Source: Laetmonice hystrix
Taxonomy: Eukaryota
Direction of reading: 5' to 3'
Assembly (NCBI GenBank): GCA_965235115.1
Contig: OZ249446.1
Span: 13,950,001-14,014,000, forward strand
Length of the DNA stretch: 64,000 nucleotides
Below, piece by piece: positions 36,501 to 48,146 of the stretch (the stretch's first letter is position 1; each line of letters opens with the position of its first letter). Position numbers and translations under genes: made by a program. Under the pieces are notes generated by a model, which worked only from the letters and a program-made list of their open reading frames with translations, ran no database searches and was not told the DNA's origin.

Positions 36501-37487
36501 ACATACACTAAGACCCATTGCCACCTCTTCCAATACTACCATCCTATGTATAAACCTCCCAGTGACTGACACTTAATTTAATATGTACGTATACATACAG
36601 TATTTCAATACGTCAGACCCCCCCCCCCCCCCCCCCCCCCGTCAATCTGCCAGCGATGGTTTTTGACCACAATCATCCATCTCCATTCACCAAACATCGT
36701 TCTGCGCTGAAATAAATGCCAGGTGGCGCTGGTGTTATAAAAAACGATCTTATTCAGAGGTCACACTGCCTGACCCCGAGTGACTGCAATAAATCAGTGT
36801 CTCGTCTGACGTGAACTCAGGGCTAGGCTCGGTGGCGCCCCCTGTGTTGTCCACAGAGATCACTGACGATCAGTGCCTGATCCCACCAGGTTGAACAATC
36901 TCCACTGGGAGTCGTACTGACAGGGCCGTATATACGCTGCCATACTGTTTCTAATGTTCCTTTCATCCTCAGTGAAAAGACCGCAAAACAAGAGATCTTT
37001 TGTATGCCACTGCATACACATCAGACAAAAGGTGATCGCTCAAGTACAGCCCACCTGCTGGAATCACTGACCATTCTTTACCTTGCGATTATCAGCTCGT
37101 GAATGATCAGGTTTCTCTATAGATTCCAACCTCCTTACACCGCCGACCTATTATTTCTACTAACAATGCTCGGAACTGATCACCTCCACTGGAATGGATC
37201 ATAATGATCCCCTGGGATTATCCTTTCCTTAATTGTTATACATGGCCGACATTACTCTGGTTTATAATATTTATATGCAATCTTTGGATTCAAGAGACAG
37301 ATGGCCGATAAAACAAAGTCGGTAATATTCACTTGGAGGGCTATCAATTCTCTCCGTCCACTCTCAACTACATGTACCTAATTCAGTAAAATGACGTATC
37401 CATTTCGTGTCCTTTCACAGACTGTCAAAGAGCATCAGTATGTTTTAGTGACTTTGAGGTTTAGATCAAAGTGTTAAGTTACAAGTA

Positions 37488-37537
37488 GAGGAAACCGGAG
37501 CACCTGGGAAAAATAACAGAACTTGCAGCAAATAACT
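37488..37537 (-). mobile_element. SINE core fragment, same family as 895-955
   Basis: Minus strand reads TTTGCTGCAAG...TTTTTCCCAGGTGCTCCGGTTTCCTC. Confidence 0.45.
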
Positions 37538-40500
37538 ACACAACCACGCCCGCAAAAACCATAGACATGAACTGATTGCAACCATTTGATATAAAGCCAT
37601 TGTTACTGAGATTAACTCCTCAAGTACAAACAGCCACTGTTTCTACCACAATGGCTGAGTGAGACAGACATGGCTGTAAGCCAGGCTTCATCCCCACATG
37701 CCGGCCAGTCGTCCTCCCACCCACCCCGGCTATTTCTGGTCCTCCCCACGCCCACTTTCTGATGCCGTTGTTAAAAAGCTTTCGTTCTGTGCAGACAATA
37801 CACGTCAGAAACATCAATTGACCGCCTGCCCCTTTTTCCCCGAAAAACCTGGGAATGACATCTCAGTGTTAATATCACACCTGTAGTTTGTACCGCGCAC
37901 TTAGTATCAAACACATGGGCCATTCTCTGGTCACCAGTACCATTACCTTACTTAATGGATCCCTACAGATCCTCATAAACTGGACCCTGCCTCGAGAGTA
38001 GGCGAGTAGTTATATAGTGACTGTTGGCTGGCTCCGTGCTATAGTCACCTCGTACCTGGCCGCCCGTAATCTCTCCATCGTAAAATTCCCATCAACCTGG
38101 AGGTAGGGGTTAGTGGTAGGGGAGAGGGATTCGCTTTTTTTGTTGGGGGGGGGGGGGGCGGCTGAGGCCCAGAGGGGTCAGGAATAGTGAGCGAGCAAGT
38201 TACGTGTCGATGTTACTGTAAGGACTGGTCCCCAGTGTCAGGTGGACGTATCCCGGCTGATACATGTAACCTCACTCACCTGGCCTCACTAGGGACCGAC
38301 TGTGCCCACCTGTCAAACCCATGTTTACCTGACGCCGACCTCTTGCGGTTGGCCCGAGTTGGATTCTATGATACGCTCGGAGTTTGAGACTAAAAGTGAA
38401 CTACATTATATTTTAACAACACCCTTTACGTATTTGAGAGATTATAACACACCCATAGACTGTTCCATACTGGAGAGTTTCCATACAATCAATCCGTATA
38501 ATATCTAGGCCTATCGTGTGGGGAAATGCCCCTGGTTTCATTCATTCCGCCCTAAATGTCCGGGAACAGTGCAATCACCTTTCAGCACTCAACATGTTCG
38601 TGAACTGACCTTTGACTCAGACACAGGAACTTTTTCCGACCTGACAATTTAACATGCTATTTCTGCCACATGCCAACATGTCCCTGAATACACTGATTCA
38701 AGTTCACTACTGGCTGTGCTGGGCCTGGTCTGCCAGTCAGAGCTAGTGTACCGGGAACTCTAAACGAAGGGGGAGGAGCAAACTTCCTGGGAACCAAACA
38801 ATTTAAACCATTCCCTCTTTCTGTGCTATTGTCCCATTTCTACAATAATCCAATAATCACCCCATCCTTCATCCATATGTCAGTCTTGCCATGTACCGGT
38901 GAAACTGACTGGTTATCCACCCCCACCCCCACCCCGGCCGTCGCAACATTTCTATGGGATAGGGGTAAGGGTTCGGGTTAGGACCAGAATAGCCATATGT
39001 ATTTTTACGAGCGGAGGGAGAGGTCCCAGACCCGGGGTTCGGGTAGATCAGATCTTACAACCGGTTCACCCCACTACAATGAACGAGTAGTGACTTTCCC
39101 ACTGGTACCTGGCGTCAGGTAGCAGGCCCAGTGACCTGCCTTGACGGCCAGGTAAGGTAAGGTGGTGGTAGGGGGGGGGGGTCATCCAAAGTTTCTATTC
39201 CTACCGTCAGTGTTCATGACTCACATTTGATACCGACCTGTCTCTCAAAGACCCACCACATAACTGTCGTCGTCGTCATCACCATAAATCGGTTCAACCT
39301 CGACAGTTCTTTTTTTACTTGGTGAGCAATCTGTGAAAGGAAACCTTTTCTTGACAGGGGTTGTCAGGGGGTCAGCCTGGCCTCATGGTTTCGTGACCTT
39401 CCCATTGTTTGCATGCAGTGATCCTGCACTGTGACATTCTGGGATATATTTACACTCGCCCCACTTACCACTCAGTGACATGGTACTACATATAGTCCGT
39501 ACTGTCCATAACGAACAACACCAACACGTCAATAAATTATACATTAATATATTATATAATTAATCACGTACAAATACTGATTATCGTATCCAATAAACCA
39601 CCTAGACTATCCGCTAACAAAGACCGAGACAGTCGGATTCCAATAACCTTTTAGAGACACACAGGTATACATTGGGTGTGAAAGGTGCTGCAGAAACTGA
39701 ATGTAAATGACAGGCATCACGGCATGAGAAAACACAAATTATGTTTCTACCGTTTACACCTAGGGTGACGATTCGTTCCCGGAGTCTAGGAAAACCACCG
39801 CCTGTCTCCGGCCGGTACTTTTCTTTGGACCAAGCAAGGAAACTTTCCTGGTAACAGGAGAAATCTTTTCTTTCACCACACACAACTAAAACAAATACAT
39901 CATCTCTCCGACGTGGGCAGTCTGTCAACCCGTCTGAAGTAACACACCCCCACCCTGCCAAATAATTTTCATTCCGCAAATAACTGACAGACAATTTTCT
40001 TGAAATGTCCGGGGGAAACTCTTCCGTCCGCGAATTAACACTGCAGACCCAGAGAATTATCGAATAAAGGTTATTTTATCTGATTTGTGTGGCAATAATG
40101 ACTTCAAAAAGTAACGAACTTGGGTAAAAAGTAACGAAGTAGTCTCCCGAGTCTTTGAACACCAGTCATCAATTTGTCTCGTTTACTGAAGCATAGAGCC
40201 AGTTCCACCATTGTCATGGCAACGGGGCAACAAAACACTGTGGGACCTGGTCTGTCATAAATAAGATCCCCCTCAAAATACGGTGTCACAGTTAAAACAC
40301 GCCCTTGCAATATCTCAATGTGAACGGTAATTTACAGACTTTATTGTAAGGTCATCCGTCCGTAAGGGTACAATAGTTTCATTAAACAACCATAAACCTC
40401 ATTGTAACTTGTCATCAATAAGTAAATCTCAACGTTGAAAAAGAATTTAAAATTAATTTATCTTCTCGTCTTGCTGTTCAGAAACCAATGGCCAAACTTT

Positions 40501-41591
40501 GTTCAGAACAGCTCTTTCTCAATTTTCGCTGTGTAACTGTTGTAAATTGTTTTCGGAAGGTTTGCAAAATTGAAAGCCGTATATTTGGATTTAGAACGCG
40601 AGTATACGGCGACATGTTGAGAGACTGACAGGTGAAGGAGTCATGAACCCAGTGTTGGAAGGAAACCTACCACAAGGAGATAACCAACCTATTTACCCCC
40701 AGGTGTCCGGCCTACAGGTGAGACAGGCCATTCCACATGTCAACAGCGCCTCCCCTGGGACACCAGCTGGCCCAATGGTCTCCGTCCTGACAAACTCCAA
40801 CACATCTGGGTCAAACTAACCATGTATATGTCCGTTGTCTGTTCTTTGCTGAGAGCGACAATTCTTTGACTTGTCTTTATGTAACATGTATGTCACATGA
40901 TTCAAGGCATCACTAAGATATGTTAAATAACAAAGGCTTTGTATGGAAATGTTCGGGATACAATAGCACTCGGCTGAGGTGTATGATGTCGGTGAGGTAT
41001 TCAAAGGACATTGTTATCAAGAAGAACTCAAGCACCCTCCCCACCAATCTCCCTTACCCAGTTTTCCCTCATGTTGCCGATAATAATCCGTTTCTATGGG
41101 AGCCTGTCACTCACTGTCACAGAGTGTGTACCCCCAGGGGGTGTCTTCCTTACCTTGGCCCTGACCTCTCCTGACCTCAACCTCTATCATTAGCTGACTT
41201 TACCTCATACCCTCAAACCCCACCCCATAACCATAAAACCACTACACAGCACAGGTCCACCAATTCTGGTCAAAGCGAGGCTCCAAAACACCTCCGAAAC
41301 CGATTCCTATAAACTGCACAGAATGCAGGTCTCGCCACGGAAAATCTACTGCCTGACCAAAATTCGGACGCCGGTAGAGAAAACAACTTAGAGTTCATCG
41401 TGCGCAGTCAATCTACCTCTACCCCTCCCGCACATACCAACAGTTCACCTGTCAGACCTCCAGCTCACCTGTCAGAACCACTGATCACCTCTCCCTCCCC
41501 ACTTGTCCAGAGTCCTGCCTGGAGGGGGCGGACCCTGGAGGCCGGGATCAAAGACTTGTCAAACCTGTCCATCAAAGGTCGTTCTGCCAAC

Positions 41592-42290
41592 TTCTCCCAA
41601 TCCGGACTCAGTCAGTGCTCCACTCTCCCAATCCGGACTCAGTCAGTGCTCCATTCTCCCAATCCGGACTCAGTCAGTAATCCATTCTCCCAATCTTGCC
41701 TGCTAGGCTCAGTCTCCCAGTATATCAGGAGCCGTTGCTAGGCTCAGTCTCCCAGTATATCAGGAGCCGTTGCTAGGCTCAGTCTCCCAGTATTTTAGGA
41801 GCCGTTGCTAGGCTCAGTTCCCCAGTATGTCAGGAGCCGTTGCCAGGCTCAGTCTCCCAGTATATCAGGAGCCGTTGCTAGGCTCATTTCCCAGTATATC
41901 AGGAGCCGTCGCTAGGCTCAGTCTCCCAGTATGTAAGGAACCGTTGCTAAGCTCAGTCTAACAGTCTCCCAGTATGTCAGGAGCCGTTGCCAGGCTCAGT
42001 TTCCCAGTATATCAGGAGCCGTTGCTAGGCTCAGTCTCCCAGTATATCAGGAGCCGTTGCTAGGCTCAGTCTCCCAGTATATCAGGAGCCGTTGCTAGGC
42101 TCAGTCTCCCAGTATATCAGGAGCCGTTGCTAGGCTCAGTCTCCCAGTATTTTAGAAGCCGTTGCTAGGCTCAGTTTCCCAGTATGTCAGGAGCCGTTGC
42201 TAGGCTCAGTCTCCCAGTATGTCAGGAGCCGTTGCTAGGCTCAGTCTCCCAGTATATCTGGAGCCGTTGCTAGGCTCAAACCCCCAGCAT
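41592..42290. repeat. ~31-bp repeat x3-4 followed by a 35-bp minisatellite (TTGCTAGGCTCAGTCTCCCAGTATATCAGGAGCCG) x~17
   Basis: Period 35 (41701, 41736) seen directly. Confidence 0.95.
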
Positions 42291-43221
42291 ATCTGGAGTT
42301 TGCTGGTATGTTTCAGCCTGTCAGTGTGTCAGGGGCGGTTCTCGGCACTATCTTCCTCCTATATATGTCATTTATATCACGAGTACCCGCTGGCTTTACT
42401 CGTCGAGTACATGTATATTCATAGCCTGCGTACATATAAAAGACATTATCAAAGTCCGTCTAGAAGAAGCCCAAAGCCCCCCCCCCCCCCCCCCCAGCCG
42501 ACCGGGCCAACAGTCCGGTCTCACTTTCTCATCAGTAATAGTCTACATACCCACGGCTTACACTAAGTTACAGCCAGGATTCCTACTTTGAATCTCTCCA
42601 ATTCAGCACAGGATTTCCTTTTGACTCTTCTGTTTGTCGCTCGGACATTTCAAGTCATATTATTGTATTGTAACCCAATCAAGAGACCAGAACCATCAAA
42701 GTATATGGGAAACTGTATCAAAGTACAAGGCCACCAAAAGATGTTTTAGGTCAAAGGTATTATATATACAGAATATATTAACACCTTGTGTTCAAGAGAT
42801 TTTTAACCCCATCCTTTTCAAAAACAAACATCAAAATAATAATTTATATATTCAATCTTCCGCACCACTCGTCCTGTTTTCAATATTTACACGAAATAAC
42901 CAGACTACTACTATACACCCAAAAGAACACTGAAGAGGTTTCTGACCTCCGTCCTACCGTAACGCTGACCTTGGAATGACCATGACTCGACCTCTGCGGC
43001 CAGTGTCACCAGTCCAGGTGTCACCATCCTGTGACAGTGACACTGTGACAGGATGATGAATGGTGACACTGGACTGACACGACACATACTCAGCCCTCAC
43101 ACATCTATCTACTCCACCTCAACTTTACATAAATTAACATTCTGTCTCCCTGACCAATTTTGGCATCCATTTTAAAACTGGTCCTCAGAATCCTTATCAC
43201 AGACAGAGGTAGGTAACTTAC

Positions 43222-43263
43222 CATCCAGTTGTCTTGACTGTACCCATAGTAACTTGGACTTAC
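43222..43263 (-). CDS. RBMS: 42-nt phase 0-0 exon (VSPSYYGYSQDNWM) that starts with GTAAGT
   Basis: Branch point CACTAAT, then T7CTTCCAG acceptor, and ATG|GTAAGT donor. Open in phase 0 and Tyr-rich like RBMS N-termini. The next exon starts in phase 0. Confidence 0.8.
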
Positions 43264-46200
43264 CTGGAAGAAAAAAATACAATTAGTGTCATGTTCAACA
43301 GGTCTCGGTAAGTATAGCAAGTAAATGAGACCAATCAATCAATCAATCAATCAATAGAATCACACATACCGTACATAATGTAAGAATGCTATACTGGCTA
43401 TTGCTATTGCTCAACATTTACCATTACCGGTAAACCAAATGTGGACAAACCAAATTTGGACAAAATGAATAGGTAACCACCCAGATATTGCCATGGAGAG
43501 AGTCGTACGACACCTGTTACTACGGACGTTACCATGGTAACAGAGTACCAGTAAATGTTACCAAGTACCTAGAAATCTATCATAATAAACACCACGAGGG
43601 AATGTGAAATGACCAGCAGTGGGCAGTGACGCCAGCAAGGTCACTGCCAACATTCAATGTCAACCATCAAGGTCACTGCCAACATTCAAGGTCACACCAT
43701 CCAGGTCATCACAAAAGTCCCCCCGATCAAGTCCTGTGGATATAAAACACACGGATTTGCTGTTACAAGTCTATTTTCTCTCCAGTCGAAAGCTATCAAA
43801 ACAGAGCGCCATATTTTCCAATTTCGCGGTCGGCTGTAATTCAATTTCACGGGTCAAGCTACTATTTACAGTTAGGTGCGGGGACCCAGGGCACTCACTC
43901 TCTCCTGAGGACCAATGTCTGTGTGCCACGTCGATAACGTCTCAATTAATGAACACGTTATTCACCTTGTGTAGATAACAATAATCTGATAACGCTAACT
44001 TGTCAACGGACCAGGGAGAGTAGACTGTCAATAAACTAGACTGTCCCGATTGTCTGGCTGTCGGCGGCCAAATGTGACTCATCCAAATACTGACTTCTCC
44101 CTACTGCTGAGTCAGCATAACCGCTAGGGGACAAGAGAGAGAGAGAGAGAGAGGGGGGGGGGGGGTTACAGCAGATCCTGATGGGGGCTCTCTCTTGATG
44201 GAACTCTCTCTCTCTTGTTGAACGCAGAGATAGGAATGAGCCAAGAGTACTGCCAAGGTCCACTCCGACAAACCACATCCTCAACCTCAGAAATACTTTA
44301 ACTAGCTAACTACCAACGTACTCGGATATCTCCGTAAAATACTTTTGAACTCACATCATCATTAGTGTATATCACAAAACATAATGTATTATGACATTAT
44401 TGTCCTTTTATATAATGATTTCCATTTAGCGCATCCCTACGGTTCCGTTACGGTATCCGTCAAACGTATCCCTATAATTGCTTCACAATTCACTAATTCC
44501 GTTGACGGGGTACAATGTCAATTTTACGCCGAATATTGACGTATCTCTCAGTGCAGGACCCTCACGAGGACAGACTCGGTTAGCTGGAAAAACATGAACA
44601 CTGGCAAACCACAGCTTCCAGTGAACCACTGAACTACCACATTCCACTGTGTTATCAATAACCGACTTTCTCGGTATCAATGACAACGAGTCAATAATAT
44701 ACGGTGCCCCATTTGCCCACTTAAATTCTCCACAATGCCCCTACCATAATTTCCATATGCAGCGGTAAGACTGCATCTCCAGCCTGCGTTACAATCACCG
44801 GATTCCGCGGAGCTCCCCCCCCCCCCCCCCAGTTGAAACCCTCCCCGTTCATGATACAGGGCATTAACAGTTAAATTGAACAAGTCGCTGACTTTACACG
44901 CCGGCCGGCAGAGAGCGCTGCAGGCGTCGCGACAACTGCTCGCCGGACCAGGAAATACGTCACTTTCTGCTTTACTAACCGGACATGATTACATCCCCTA
45001 ACACTGACATTAGGACGTCTCAAGTCCCCTAAACCCGATACCGACCGCTCTGATGAGCCAACCAACCACACCACGCCGGTCACTTTCACTTGAAAGTGGA
45101 CCCCAAGCGTTGCCTAGCAACCGAGGCAACAACACTTCCACACGGGATAAGAATTAGTCATGCTTTAGCCGATAGAAGATTTTCGAATAATTTGATCTGA
45201 TAGGCTAATGAGCACACAAACAGCCTCCTCTAAGGCTTCAAAACAAGGTCCACTTCCAGCAAGATGGGATCTCGATAACATGGGCCTGTGTGTCTAATAT
45301 AAACAATGTTAGCGTTGGGTATAAAGAACAGACGACTCATACAGTTACTGTATATGACTCATGTTCCGCGAATCCTATATCCTGAAGGCTTCTTCCACAG
45401 ATTGAACTGACTTTTCGGTCAACGGTTATTAGGCATTACAAGTGCACTCTATGTCATTGGGTCATTTTTTCTTACACCACATCCCCCCTCCTCCACTTCC
45501 CTGGCCTTAACACGGTCAGGTGTAATCCCATCACTAGCTCTCCACTGTTTTTTATTGTGATCACCTCATTCCGTTTAACAGTATGTAATTTTACTAACCA
45601 AATTAAGGTGCTTAGATTATGGAACCCGTCTGACCATACTAACCACCTGAACCACCAAACAGGCCCTGGACAATGTCATCCAACCAATCAATTATAGACC
45701 CCCACCAGACATAGCAAAACCACCTAACCACTCGCAGACAGGAGGCCAATATAATGTATGCTCTCTGTTTAAATCCCACTCTACTGGATAAAGGGATACG
45801 TCATGCTGGGAGAAGGAAAACTTTCCATAAGGTTGTTCGACTAAACCAGCCACAAAATATTTCATACTTCAATCTCTAAGTCCTGCCAAGACGATGTCAG
45901 CCGGTACACAACTACCCATTGTTTGGGCCGAGTTATATTTGTTGTTACATGCTGCCGTCAGCCTGCACCCAGTGTGTCAACCTCCCCTCCCCCCCCTAAT
46001 TCCGTTATTTGGGGACATTACAAGTGATTCACACCCACACCCGCATGATTCACATCTCCCACCATTTTTTGCCCCTTCCAATCTCATGTTCAGCTTCCAT
46101 TTCATGCATGGGATGAACAATAGAACAAAAAGTTGATTTAACACAAAGTAAAAAGTCAAATCATGGCTACTTTACTGAGACCCGTCAAACCGTGCAGGTT

Positions 46201-47208
46201 CCGTACGTTAGACCAAGGTAATACCCACTCAGTACTGACACGCAAGTATTATGATCATACCTAATATGGTTTCTACTGTGTTTTTAAGGTCTGGAACATC
46301 TCAGACAGTTACAGACAGTCTCACATTGTCACATTCCTAGAATGTTCAATATGAGCATCCCTACAAGTGGTCTAACGTCTGTCAGCCAGGTCCAACACTT
46401 CCACTACTATCCTGTAGTCACAGCCATGATTTCATGTCTCCTTCAATATGGCAGATCTGAATTCCTTCTCATCTCATCGATTTTATATCTCACAGTCATA
46501 ATACTATCTGTGCTTTATTATTTTACACTTTTCACAAACACACAATGTGCAATGGCTTATAACAGCCGACATATAACGACACACAATGTGCAATGGCTTA
46601 TAACAGCCGACATATAACGACACATCTGTTTCTGCCACATGGTAATCAATTATACAATGTACTTAGTTAATTTCTCCTTAATGAGCGCCATGACTTATTG
46701 GCCCGCATGTCGTTAACCAGATCAACCTAACATGAGGGACAGCATACTTGAGTTGGTTGGCTGCATGCTCCAACATTCCAGTCTACACACCTTTTTCATA
46801 TCAACTCACTAATGGAGTTCCAAAGGGCAATGTGACACAGTCATGATTTCAATCACATCCGAATATACAAGTTTTTCCCACGCCATACGTAATAGCTATG
46901 TAAACTTTACCAGTGGTATGGAATCCGTACACTCTCCCTTGGTTGTCAGATACGCTCCGGGAAACCAATTGTAAGTTGCTTGAACTTTGAACCTGTGGAG
47001 TATCATTGTGTATTCTGTGTGCTGCAAGGTCTGGTCTCAGTTGGGATGATGGGAGATTTCTCCAAGTGTTTCTGATACAAAAATCCCACAGACAGCATTA
47101 CCAAATCATGTCATATCACTACTCAAGTCAACGTATGCAAGGGATGATGATCAGTAACAGAATGACATTCTCTGACGAGGCGCGAGTCTCTGCCATCGTA
47201 CTGTGTGC

Positions 47209-48146
47209 AGTGGCCATGCACAGCCATGTTCTGTGGCCATGCATAGCCATGTTCAGTGGCCAGGCACAGCCATGTTCTGTGGCCATGCACAGCCATGTTC
47301 TGTAGCCATGCACAGCCATGTTCTGTAGCCATGCACAGCCATGTTCTGTGGCCATGCACAGTCATGTTCTGTGGCCATGGACAGCCATGTTCTGTGGCCA
47401 TGGACAGCCATGTTAAGTGGCCATGGACAGCCATGTTCTGTGGCCATGCACAGCCATGTTCAGTGGCCATGGACAGCCATGTTCTGTGGTCATGCACAGC
47501 CATGTTAAGTGGCCATGCACAGCCATGTTCAGTGGCCATGGACAGCCATGTTCAGTAGCCATGCACAACCATGTTCAGTGGCCATGCACAGCCATGTTCA
47601 GTGGCCATGCACAGCCATGTTCAGTGGCCATGCACAGCCATATTCTGTGGCCATGCACAACCATGTTCAGTGGCCATCCACAGCCATGTTCAGTGGCCAT
47701 GCACAGCCATATTCTGTGGCCATGCACAGCCATGTTCAGTGGCCATGCACAGCCATGTTAAGTGGCCATGGACAGCCATGTTCAGTGGCCATGCACAGCC
47801 ATGTTCTGTGGCCACGCACAGCCATGTGCTGTGGCCATGCACAGCCATGTTCTGTGGCCATGGACAGCCATGTTCAGTGGCCATGGACAGCCATGTTCTG
47901 TGGCCATGCACAGCCATCTTCAGTGGCCATGCACAGCCATGTTCTGTGGCCATGCACAGCCATCTTCAGTGGCCATGGACAGCCATGTTCTGTGGCCATG
48001 CACAGCCATGTTCTGTGGCCACGCACAGCCATGTTCTGTGGCCATGGACAGCCATGTTCTGTAGCCATGCACAGCCATGTTCAGTGGCCATGGACAGCCA
48101 TGTTCTGTGGCCATGGACAGCCATGTTAAGTGGCCATGGACAGCCA
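47209..48146. repeat. 23-bp minisatellite (TGGCCATGCACAGCCATGTTC(T/A)G) x~41
   Basis: Seen directly; produces the many spurious CSVAMHSH / MATEHGC ORFs. Confidence 0.97.

Noticed and set aside
38272-41475. CAG|GTGAGT (~38279) and CAG|GTGAGC (~41470) as ratchet points
   Set aside because: No polypyrimidine tract upstream.
46854-46879. KNLYIRM resembling RRM1 RNP2
   Set aside because: Immediate stop and no splice sites; the true RNP2 exon is 26278-26444.
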